From: Hormoscilla sp. | GTDB lineage: Bacteria > Cyanobacteriota > Cyanobacteriia > Cyanobacteriales > Desertifilaceae | Assembly (NCBI GenBank): GCA_051439505.1 | Contig: JBFRWI010000173.1 | Location: 1 to 21,124, forward strand | Direction: 5' to 3' | Length of the DNA stretch: 21,124 nucleotides | In this document: piece after piece, positions 9,290-15,752 of the stretch | How positions within the stretch are numbered: position 1 is the first letter of the stretch | Layout of the letters: each line of letters begins with the position of its first letter | The notes under the pieces: generated by a model | Database searches by the model: none | What the model was told of the DNA's origin: nothing | The model's input: only the letters and a program-made list of their open reading frames with translations | Program-made: the position numbers and the translations under genes

Positions 9290-9301
9290 TCTATGTTAGC
9301 A
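9290..9301 (-). promoter_or_regulatory. Putative extended -10 element (TGCTAACATAGA) for the yqiJ-like gene
   Basis: About 24 nt upstream of ATG 9265; identical to 8049-8060. Confidence 0.5.
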
Positions 9302-9360
9302 GCTTTTTAGTAAAGTGGGCAACTCCCAGTAGCGGGGGGCAGCCCGCTCGCCTCAAAAAT

Positions 9361-9389
9361 TGGACATCCTATTGCGAATCTGCTATGAT
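9361..9389 (+). promoter_or_regulatory. Putative sigma70 promoter for terB1
   Basis: TGGACA-N17-TATGAT with an extended TG (TGcTATGAT). RBS AAGGAG lies just before ATG 9523. Confidence 0.5.
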
Positions 9390-9522
9390 GCTATCATCAG
9401 CTAACCGGGTCCTGGTTCACCATAACATTGCTTCTGGGAGCGATCGAAATGGCAGTGAAAACTCGGTTTACTAATTATAGCATGAGTTGATTGAATAAAA
9501 AAAAGGATAGAAGGAGTAAAAT

Positions 9523-10005
9523 ATGACCAGGAGGAAAAATTTGCAACCGTCAAACTATGCCATCAAAAAATATAACCTGACGACCGCTATTGATTTTGAT
9601 GTGGCGGTGAAGTACAGTAGCGTGTTAATGGCGATCGCCAGCGCTGATGGGTATCTGACTGAGGAAGAATTAGATTGGTATATTGAAGAACAGATTTTGA
9701 TCGGAGGAACTGAAGAATATATAGAGGCGATCGCAGCTATTGATTTGCGCCATACTAACATCGAGGATATTTTAAATGAAATTAAGGATGATTTTCCGCT
9801 GAATTGTAGTCACTGTTTGCTGTACCAAGCGATCAAGATGAGTCGCTCAGATGGAGTATATCATGATAAGGAAAAAGCAGCGGTGGCGCGAGCAGCAAAA
9901 ATTTTAGGGGTTGAAGATAGCGTGGTAGCTAGCATTGAGGCTCTCGTGGAAATGGAAGATGCTACAGATCGACTCAGGCGGGCCATGATGAAGAGGAAAG
10001 TTTAA
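9523..10005 (+). CDS. TerB-family (tellurite-resistance-like) protein, paralogue 1
   Basis: Duplicated TerB motif: LMAIASADGYLTEEE ... AIKMSRSDGVYHDKEKAAVARAAKILGV. RBS AAGGAG. Confidence 0.8.
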   Translation: MTRRKNLQPSNYAIKKYNLTTAIDFDVAVKYSSVLMAIASADGYLTEEELDWYIEEQILIGGTEEYIEAIAAIDLRHTNIEDILNEIKDDFPLNCSHCLLYQAIKMSRSDGVYHDKEKAAVARAAKILGVEDSVVASIEALVEMEDATDRLRRAMMKRKV

Positions 10006-10041
10006 TTAATTTGGTTAGTGGCCCCGGGAAGCCTACCGGTG

Positions 10042-10134
10042 CCGATCGGCCCTGGGCCTCTACCAAAGGACATAAAAGTAAGTGAGAAGAAATCGAGGGG
10101 TTGACAAATGTATCTCAAGTTGGTATAGTAAAAT
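10042..10134 (+). promoter_or_regulatory. Duplicated promoter cassette, copy 1 (TTGACA 10101-10106, N17, TGgTATAGT with -10 at 10124-10129)
   Basis: Consensus -35, exact 17-nt spacer and extended -10. The ~93-bp segment matches 11709-11802 with roughly a dozen differences by manual alignment. Confidence 0.8.
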
Positions 10135-10171
10135 TGAACAGGGTATTCACCAACAAGAAAAGGAGGAAAAT

Positions 10172-10651
10172 ATGAGCAACAGTCTCCAGCCGACAAAATA
10201 TGCTAAGCAGAAATATAACCTCACCTCTCCAGGAGATTTTGAGGTGGGAGTGAAATACGGCTGCGCGTTAATGGCTATCGCCGGTGCGGATGGGGAACTG
10301 GCAGAAGCAGAATTGGAGTGGTTTATTGACGAACAAAAACTCTTGATGGTAGAATCAGAAGAGTACATTGAAACGATCCGCAAATTCGATTGGAAGAATG
10401 CTAACATTGAAGAGCTATTGAGTGGAATAAAGTATGATTTTCCTCTGAATTTTCGGCGAGCCATATTGTACCAAGCGATCAAGATGAGTCGAGCTGATGG
10501 GATCTACCATGAAAAAGAAAAAGCAGCGGTGGCGAAAGCGGCGGAGCTTTTAGGAATTGAACGGAGCGTGCTTGTTAGCCTAGAGTCCGTGGCGGAAATG
10601 GAAGAGGCCACGGATCGACTGCGGCTGGCCTTATTTGAAACGGAAGTTTAA
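10172..10651 (+). CDS. TerB-family protein, paralogue 2
   Basis: LMAIAGADGELAEAE ... AIKMSRADGIYHEKEKAAV. Start placed at ATG 10172 after AGGAGG (10161-10166), giving 159 aa collinear with paralogue 1. Confidence 0.8.
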   Translation: MSNSLQPTKYAKQKYNLTSPGDFEVGVKYGCALMAIAGADGELAEAELEWFIDEQKLLMVESEEYIETIRKFDWKNANIEELLSGIKYDFPLNFRRAILYQAIKMSRADGIYHEKEKAAVAKAAELLGIERSVLVSLESVAEMEEATDRLRLALFETEV

Positions 10652-10825
10652 TTCTGCTTGACACCTTTTAAGAGAGGATTTAGATCTACTTGCTCGAAAT
10701 CCTCCCTTCGGCTGCGCTCAGAGATCGCAAACCCCCAGATTAGCAGTCAGCAATCAGTGGTGAAAGTTACAACCTCATGGCATACGCAACTTATTTTCAG
10801 ATTGCTGTCAAAAATATCTAACATA

Positions 10826-11704
10826 ATGAGTAGTCACAGTAACGAAGAAACGATTATTGAAAATATAGACTGGAATCAACTGTCGCTAGAACGATTGAAG
10901 CAGCTTCAAGCTCAAATATGTAAAGCGATCGATATTAAGAGCCGCGAATTAAAGTTGACAAAATATTCTGCCTATAATAGCAAAGATTATGAGTACAAAG
11001 CAAGTTTAGCCAAAATATTTCCCGGTCGTTTGCGGAACTCGCTGTCTGAGTATCATAACTGTGTTTTCGGAATCAGCCTGGGAAGCAAAAATTTCGTCGA
11101 GAGTAAGCGACTCGAAGCCTGCATCAAATGGATTAGCGAAAATTTCAAGGCTTGTGTAGTGCTAGTGGCGGATACGGTATACAGACTGACAATCGAGATT
11201 AGACATGGACTTAAAGAAGATGAAGCTTTGCCTTTGGCAGTTAGGACCGCAAAAGAGTTCATCAATGAGCACGGTCTTCTGTTCGAGAAATACTCCGGAA
11301 GCTGTTGGTTCGAGTTTATATTTACCTCAGAAATAGAGAAACGATCGGACTTTAAGATATATTACGAGGAGCTTGAGTGTCTTTATCGCAAAAATGAATC
11401 TTTTCAAAGCATAGTCAACTCCTTTGCCCAGACATATCTCAACCGAGGCGAACAGGTGGAAGATGAGCAAGTGTCCGACTTCAGGAAGGCGATAACATAC
11501 TTCCTTGAGGAGTCGGCTTTGTCAATCTGTCTTGTTAAAGAAGGATGGCCAGTCTTTGTTTATCCTGGGTCAATCAAAGCTTTTGCAGAAATATCAGAGG
11601 GGCTACACCCAGAAGTCCCGGAACCTCTCAAGCAAATGATCTGGGTAAGTCTGCGCCTCAAAAAGCGGCATAGTGAAAGTGGGCATCAACAGGTAGGAGA
11701 GTAA
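10826..11704 (+). CDS. tRNA-dependent cyclodipeptide synthase (CDPS), XYP subfamily
   Basis: CVFGISLGSKNF (GxSxx with the catalytic Ser, non-Asn at AlbC position 40), VVLVAD, YFLEES (Tyr178/Glu182 equivalents) and VFVYPG (Tyr-Pro, XYP signature). Start placed at the first ATG, 10826 (292 aa); this start is uncertain. Confidence 0.88.
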   Translation: MSSHSNEETIIENIDWNQLSLERLKQLQAQICKAIDIKSRELKLTKYSAYNSKDYEYKASLAKIFPGRLRNSLSEYHNCVFGISLGSKNFVESKRLEACIKWISENFKACVVLVADTVYRLTIEIRHGLKEDEALPLAVRTAKEFINEHGLLFEKYSGSCWFEFIFTSEIEKRSDFKIYYEELECLYRKNESFQSIVNSFAQTYLNRGEQVEDEQVSDFRKAITYFLEESALSICLVKEGWPVFVYPGSIKAFAEISEGLHPEVPEPLKQMIWVSLRLKKRHSESGHQQVGE

Positions 11705-11708
11705 ATTC

Positions 11709-11802
11709 CCGATCGGCCCTGGTCCTCTAGCAAAGGAGATTTATTGTAAGTGAGAATAAATCGAGGGGTTGACAAATGGCTCTCAAGTTGCTATAGTCAA
11801 AT
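11709..11802 (+). promoter_or_regulatory. Duplicated promoter cassette, copy 2 (TTGACA 11769-11774, N17, TGcTATAGT with -10 at 11792-11797)
   Basis: Same -35/17/-10 geometry and flanks as 10042-10134; begins 4 nt after the CDPS stop. Confidence 0.8.
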
Positions 11803-11863
11803 AATTAAGGAGTTTTCTACTGTAAACAAAGAACAACCAAGCATAAAAACAGGGACAGATGTT

Positions 11864-12784
11864 ATGCAGACGCAAAGGCCAGGAGAATTGGAAAATTTAG
11901 CGAAATATCCGAGTTTCAAGATGGAGCGTGCTCGGATGGAAGGGGATCGTTTGCTATTTGACCATCCCGATGGTATGATGCGAGCCTTAGGGACAGGAGT
12001 CTTCTCTTTAGAGATTCCTTCCGAGTTCCATATAGCTGCTGGCGACCTCATCGCGCGACACTATTTTGAAGAGCCTTTAGGGGATGACTTGGATGCCTAC
12101 AGGGGATTCCGAAACATTACCAGAGATATAGAATACTTTGGTTACAAAGATTATGAGGACGTTCAATGGGAACAATTTAGTATAGAAAGGGCTGAATGGG
12201 ATGCCTTATACCCAGACAATGTCGCCAGGTTAGGCGAGCAAATGCTCGACCTTGGGATCGGGGTTGTGCATAATGTTCTCGAATACCTAGGTATTAAGAA
12301 GTCAGACTGGGAAAATGTCACAAGTGGTCTGTCCGAAAAACGAGGTAATCATATGTTAAGTTTTAATCACTATCGTTCGGAAAAAAACTGTAGGGGATTT
12401 TCATTCCACAAAGACACGACTTGGGTGAGTGTGGTTCGCTCAACAGAACCTGGACTTGTTGGCGTAATTGGAGAGAAAATATTCTCGCTTAACCCAGTTC
12501 CAGGTCACTTTACCATTAACTTCGGTAGTACAATAGAATTTTTGACAGAGCAGATGGTTACTCCAGTACATGCTCTGAGACATGGAGTTGTGCGCACTCA
12601 GCGAAGTGCAGATCGAGAAGATAGAACTTCATACGTGCTTTTTCTAGATTCTAACTTAGGAGGATTAATTTATCGTTATGAGAACGGTGAGGCAAAACCG
12701 ATACAACCAGTAAAAGAATTTCTTTTTGATGAGGATCGTATTTTTAGTAAAAAGCTAGCTAAATATAACTGCTATTTGGACTAG
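11864..12784 (+). CDS. Fe(II)/2-oxoglutarate-dependent oxygenase (IPNS-like fold; resembles CDPS-associated Bcm-type tailoring oxygenases)
   Basis: FNHYR, H-K-D facial-triad motif, INFG, distal His (LRHGV) and the R-T-S 2OG-binding motif. Start placed at ATG 11864 downstream of the promoter cassette. The Bcm resemblance (N-terminal ARMEGDRLLFDHPDGMMRAL-GVFSLEIP) is from memory. Confidence 0.88.
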   Translation: MQTQRPGELENLAKYPSFKMERARMEGDRLLFDHPDGMMRALGTGVFSLEIPSEFHIAAGDLIARHYFEEPLGDDLDAYRGFRNITRDIEYFGYKDYEDVQWEQFSIERAEWDALYPDNVARLGEQMLDLGIGVVHNVLEYLGIKKSDWENVTSGLSEKRGNHMLSFNHYRSEKNCRGFSFHKDTTWVSVVRSTEPGLVGVIGEKIFSLNPVPGHFTINFGSTIEFLTEQMVTPVHALRHGVVRTQRSADREDRTSYVLFLDSNLGGLIYRYENGEAKPIQPVKEFLFDEDRIFSKKLAKYNCYLD

Positions 12785-12817
12785 GGAATAGAAAATTTAT
12801 GGATATCATGGGGTTGG

Positions 12818-13088
12818 GGCGATCGCCCGGCTTTGGTGGTACAAAATATACGAATAATACAGAGCTGGGGTATTATGTGCGCTACGATGTAATATGTGGG
12901 GTCGGCGATCGCCCGGCTTTGGTAGTACAAAATATACGAATAATACAGAGTTGGGGTATTATGTGCGCTACGATGTAATATGTGGGGTCGGCGATCGCCC
13001 GGATTGCGTAGTACAAAATATACGAATAATACAGGAGTATGGTATTATGTGCGCTACAATGTAATATGTGGGGTCGGCGATCGCCCGG
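12818..13088. repeat. Tandem array of three 86-bp units plus the start of a fourth, each beginning with GGCGATCGCC (HIP1)
   Basis: Unit starts at 12818, 12904, 12990 and 13076 (exact 86-bp period). Units 1 and 2 differ at 2 positions and unit 3 is more diverged. Each contains the ATAATAC-N9-GTATTAT inverted repeat. Confidence 0.95.
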
Positions 13089-13291
13089 GTAAGGGGGTGT
13101 AGTCAAAACCCGTTGGCAGACGAAAAGTTCATCCGACCGATCGCGTGGGGGGCGGTGAAACAGGGTTTTTTTTACTAATATCGTCTTGGTTGTCACTTCA
13201 CAATTAGCAGCGTTTAATGCCAATATAAAAGTGAGATTCTCCCGATATATGCTCTTAAAAAAAATATGCGATCAAGAAAGTTTGAATAAAA

Positions 13292-14446
13292 ATGCCTGAC
13301 ATGCCAACCCCAATACTGACTTTTACGCCGATGGGAATAGATCTGATTTCGACTATGTTAGCTGGAAACAAATCGGACTGGCGACCCATTTCTCTAGCTT
13401 TTGGTCAATCGGACTTCCCCATTCAAGAATATGTTGACCTGACAATAAGGGCCCCTGAGGTAGAAAGGGTACTGGGTTACGGGGATATTGGCGGACAGAT
13501 GTCACTGCGGGAAAAAATTAGCGGCTTTTATGCGGACCGCTTAGACGTGGATATCCCAGCGGCACGGATATTGATAACTGATGGGGCGACAGGTGCATTA
13601 GTCTTGGCACTGGGGCTGCTGGTGCGCCCGGGTAGCGAAGTCATTATACCCGCCGTCGGATATGCTGCCTATCGCCGCACCGTGCAGATGTTTGGTGGCA
13701 TTCCCATATCGGCACCCCTGGATGCAGAGTTTAACCTCTCACCCCACAGACTGCCGGATTTAATCACTGCCAAAACTGCTGCCATTATCCTCAACTCTCC
13801 GGGAAATCCCTACGGAAATGTCGCCAGTCTGGAAATGCTAGCAGAAATTGCCTCATTCGGCATTCCAGTTATTTTCGATGAAGTTTACCAGTTCATAACT
13901 TTTGCGGGTGCTTTCGCTCCCAGCGCGACGCAACTGCCTGGGGAACATTTCGTTGTCAATGGATTTGCCAAGTCCTTTGCCGTTCCGGGATTGCGTATTG
14001 GTTTTCTCATCGTACCATCAAGCTTAGCTGAAGCTGCCGAGAGTCTGAAAGTGCTGTTGAATATTTGCCCGAATATTCCCGGACAACTGTTGGCAGAACG
14101 ACTGCTAGAGAGATCCCAGCGGCTGATCGAGGAGCATCGCAGCTACTTGCGTCGCCGCCGGAAGTTCTTCTTGGCGACTTGCGATCGCCACTCTCTGCCT
14201 GCGATGGTAAATTCCCAGGCGGGATTTTATGGTATAATCGAGCTGCCGTCCGGGATGGACTCGATGAAAGCAGCATCGATGCTAGCCAAAGACTATGCAG
14301 TTGCGACTGCTCCGGGAACTGATTTTGCGGAAACAGACCCCAGTTTTTTGCGGGTCAACATTACTAAAAGCCCTGAAGATGTGTCCGAGGGAGTGCGGCG
14401 GATCGCCAAGTTCCTGGAAAGGTCCGGGATATGCGATCGGGATTAA
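13292..14446 (+). CDS. PLP-dependent aminotransferase class I/II family enzyme
   Basis: ITDGATGAL, LNSPGNPYG, IFDEVY, NGFAKSFAVPGLRIG (Schiff-base Lys) and FLRVN (carboxylate Arg). The start could be any of the Met codons at 13292, 13301 or 13331. Confidence 0.9.
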   Translation: MPDMPTPILTFTPMGIDLISTMLAGNKSDWRPISLAFGQSDFPIQEYVDLTIRAPEVERVLGYGDIGGQMSLREKISGFYADRLDVDIPAARILITDGATGALVLALGLLVRPGSEVIIPAVGYAAYRRTVQMFGGIPISAPLDAEFNLSPHRLPDLITAKTAAIILNSPGNPYGNVASLEMLAEIASFGIPVIFDEVYQFITFAGAFAPSATQLPGEHFVVNGFAKSFAVPGLRIGFLIVPSSLAEAAESLKVLLNICPNIPGQLLAERLLERSQRLIEEHRSYLRRRRKFFLATCDRHSLPAMVNSQAGFYGIIELPSGMDSMKAASMLAKDYAVATAPGTDFAETDPSFLRVNITKSPEDVSEGVRRIAKFLERSGICDRD

Positions 14447-14474
14447 ACTGAAATAATGGCAAAGGGAAATAAAC

Positions 14475-15413
14475 ATGGCAGTGCTACTACTGGCAAACAT
14501 CGATTTAGAGGAATGGTTTGGACAATTAAGGGCAGAGTTGCTGAAACGCCAGCCCGATCTAGATTTGCGAATCTGGCCGGAATGCGGGAAACTAGAAGAG
14601 ATTGAAATCGTGCTGGCATGGTGGCCCCCACTGGGAGTGATGCAAAAGTTTCCCAACCTGAAGCTGATTATGTCTCTAGGAGCCAGCGTCGATCGGATTT
14701 TAATCGACCCGGATCTGCCCGATCGCATTCCGATCGTGCGTCTGGTGTCGGAGGGTAAAATATTGCAAATGACCGAGTATGTCACCCTAGCAGTTTTGCT
14801 GTTTCAACGGCGATTTATCGAGTATCAAGCAGGGATGCGATCGCGGAGCTGGTCATATCTACCGGTGCTAGAGGCGAAGACATTTACAGTGGGGATTTTG
14901 GGTTTGGGGGAATTCGGTTCCAGGGTGGCCAAAAAGCTAGCAGCTATGGGGTTTACCGTGCGGGGATGGAGTCGATCGCCCCAAGCAATTCCTGGAGTAG
15001 AATGCTTTAGTGGGGGCGAACAGTTTAAGATGTTCTTGAGCAAATGTCGGGCGATCGTCTGCTTGCTGCCAGTAACGCCAGAAACTGAGGGAATTCTCTG
15101 CCATGAAACTTTTTGGGCTTTACCGACAGGGGCGTACTTAATTAATGTCGGTCAAGGCAAGCATTTAGTAGAAGCAGATCTATTGAGGGCATTAGATGCA
15201 GGTCAAATGAAGAGTGCCTGTTTGGACGTATTCCATAGGGAACCCTTGCCCAGTGACCATCCTTTTTGGGATCATCCCCGCATTATTGTCACTCCCCATA
15301 TCTCGGCTGTGGGTCAGCCCGGAGAAGAAGCCGATCGCATTCTAGATGCGATCGATCGCAGTCGCGAGGGAAGACCATTGGAGTATGCGATCGACCGAAA
15401 CCGGGGCTACTAA
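14475..15413 (+). CDS. GhrA-like D-2-hydroxyacid dehydrogenase (glyoxylate/hydroxypyruvate reductase A family) with a variant active site
   Basis: 312 aa. GILGLGEFG Rossmann motif, GWSRS (NADP-type), LDVFHREPLP and TPHISA. The usual NxxRG reads NVGQG and GAGVD reads GASVD. It starts 28 nt after the aminotransferase stop. Confidence 0.88.
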   Translation: MAVLLLANIDLEEWFGQLRAELLKRQPDLDLRIWPECGKLEEIEIVLAWWPPLGVMQKFPNLKLIMSLGASVDRILIDPDLPDRIPIVRLVSEGKILQMTEYVTLAVLLFQRRFIEYQAGMRSRSWSYLPVLEAKTFTVGILGLGEFGSRVAKKLAAMGFTVRGWSRSPQAIPGVECFSGGEQFKMFLSKCRAIVCLLPVTPETEGILCHETFWALPTGAYLINVGQGKHLVEADLLRALDAGQMKSACLDVFHREPLPSDHPFWDHPRIIVTPHISAVGQPGEEADRILDAIDRSREGRPLEYAIDRNRGY

Positions 15414-15475
15414 TTGGCTCAATGTGGTTAAGTAGATGCCAAGCAAGGATAAGAGACCATGAGATTTATCAGTCC

Positions 15476-15580
15476 GAAAAATTGTCCCTGTCAGAGTTAG
15501 AGATGTTGTCCTTAGAGATTTTTGATTTCATGAGCTTGTCTGACTTGTCCAGTTGGTTGCGATCGCATGTCGGACAGTAA
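15476..15580 (+). pseudogene. Probable DUF4351-domain C-terminal remnant
   Basis: Translation EKLSLSELEMLSLEIFDFMSLSDLSSWLRSH fits the LSxxxLExLxxxxxDFxSLxDLxxWL pattern of cyanobacterial DUF4351 tails. No upstream domain is present. Confidence 0.6.
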
Positions 15581-15752
15581 AGAAAAAAGGCCCGATCGCC
15601 CCCACAATTTGTACTTGACGGCAAAACAGCTTTTAACTTGCTGTTGAGAATTAGGATCGCAGAAAACGCTCAATCCAGGAGACATGAGGCGATCGGACTG
15701 TGCTATTAGGGATAATTTGTAGTAAGATTGAGGAAGAAAAACGCAAGGAATT

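Noticed and set aside
10082..10171. Shared N-terminal leader peptide on TerB2 (MRRNRGVDKCISSWYS) and the oxygenase (MRINRGVDKWLSSCYS, 11750-11863)
   Set aside because: These are translations of the duplicated promoter DNA, and the GTG lies upstream of the -35. TerB2 has a strong AGGAGG before ATG 10172 and then matches TerB1 in length. Both being in frame is probably coincidence, though only N-terminal proteomics would exclude it.
9523..10651. Tellurite-resistance (ter) operon
   Set aside because: No terC, terD, terZ or terA genes are present; the TerB fold alone does not imply tellurite resistance.
10658..10825. 56-aa TTG-initiated N-terminal extension of the CDPS from the ORF track
   Set aside because: There is no RBS. 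The segment contains a hairpin (GAGGATTT/AAATCCTC, 10674-10704), a TTGACA and a repeat-like CCCTTCGGCTGCGCTCAG, which looks intergenic. ATG 10826 is preferred.
10826..12784. Bicyclomycin cluster
   Set aside because: Only one Fe/2OG oxygenase is present, with no P450 or MFS transporter, whereas bcm needs five oxygenases plus a P450. It is at most related in logic.
9740..12817. Absence of perfect HIP1 across terB2-CDPS-oxygenase as proof of horizontal transfer
   Set aside because: A comparable gap without perfect HIP1 appears in housekeeping DNA (about 740-4920), so this is not discriminating. The region looks more AT-rich by eye but I did not quantify it.
12818..13088. CRISPR array
   Set aside because: Units are near-identical along all 86 bp with no unique spacers, and there are no cas genes in the window.
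13105..13173. Riboswitch or terminator upstream of the aminotransferase (AAAACCC...GGGTTTTTTTT)
   Set aside because: Only a 7-bp long-range pairing, with no recognisable aptamer consensus and no compact hairpin before the T-run.
12882..13223. 113-aa minus-strand ORF
   Set aside because: It overlaps the 86-bp array (period not a multiple of 3), has a TTG start, shows no protein-like features and is antisense to the cluster.
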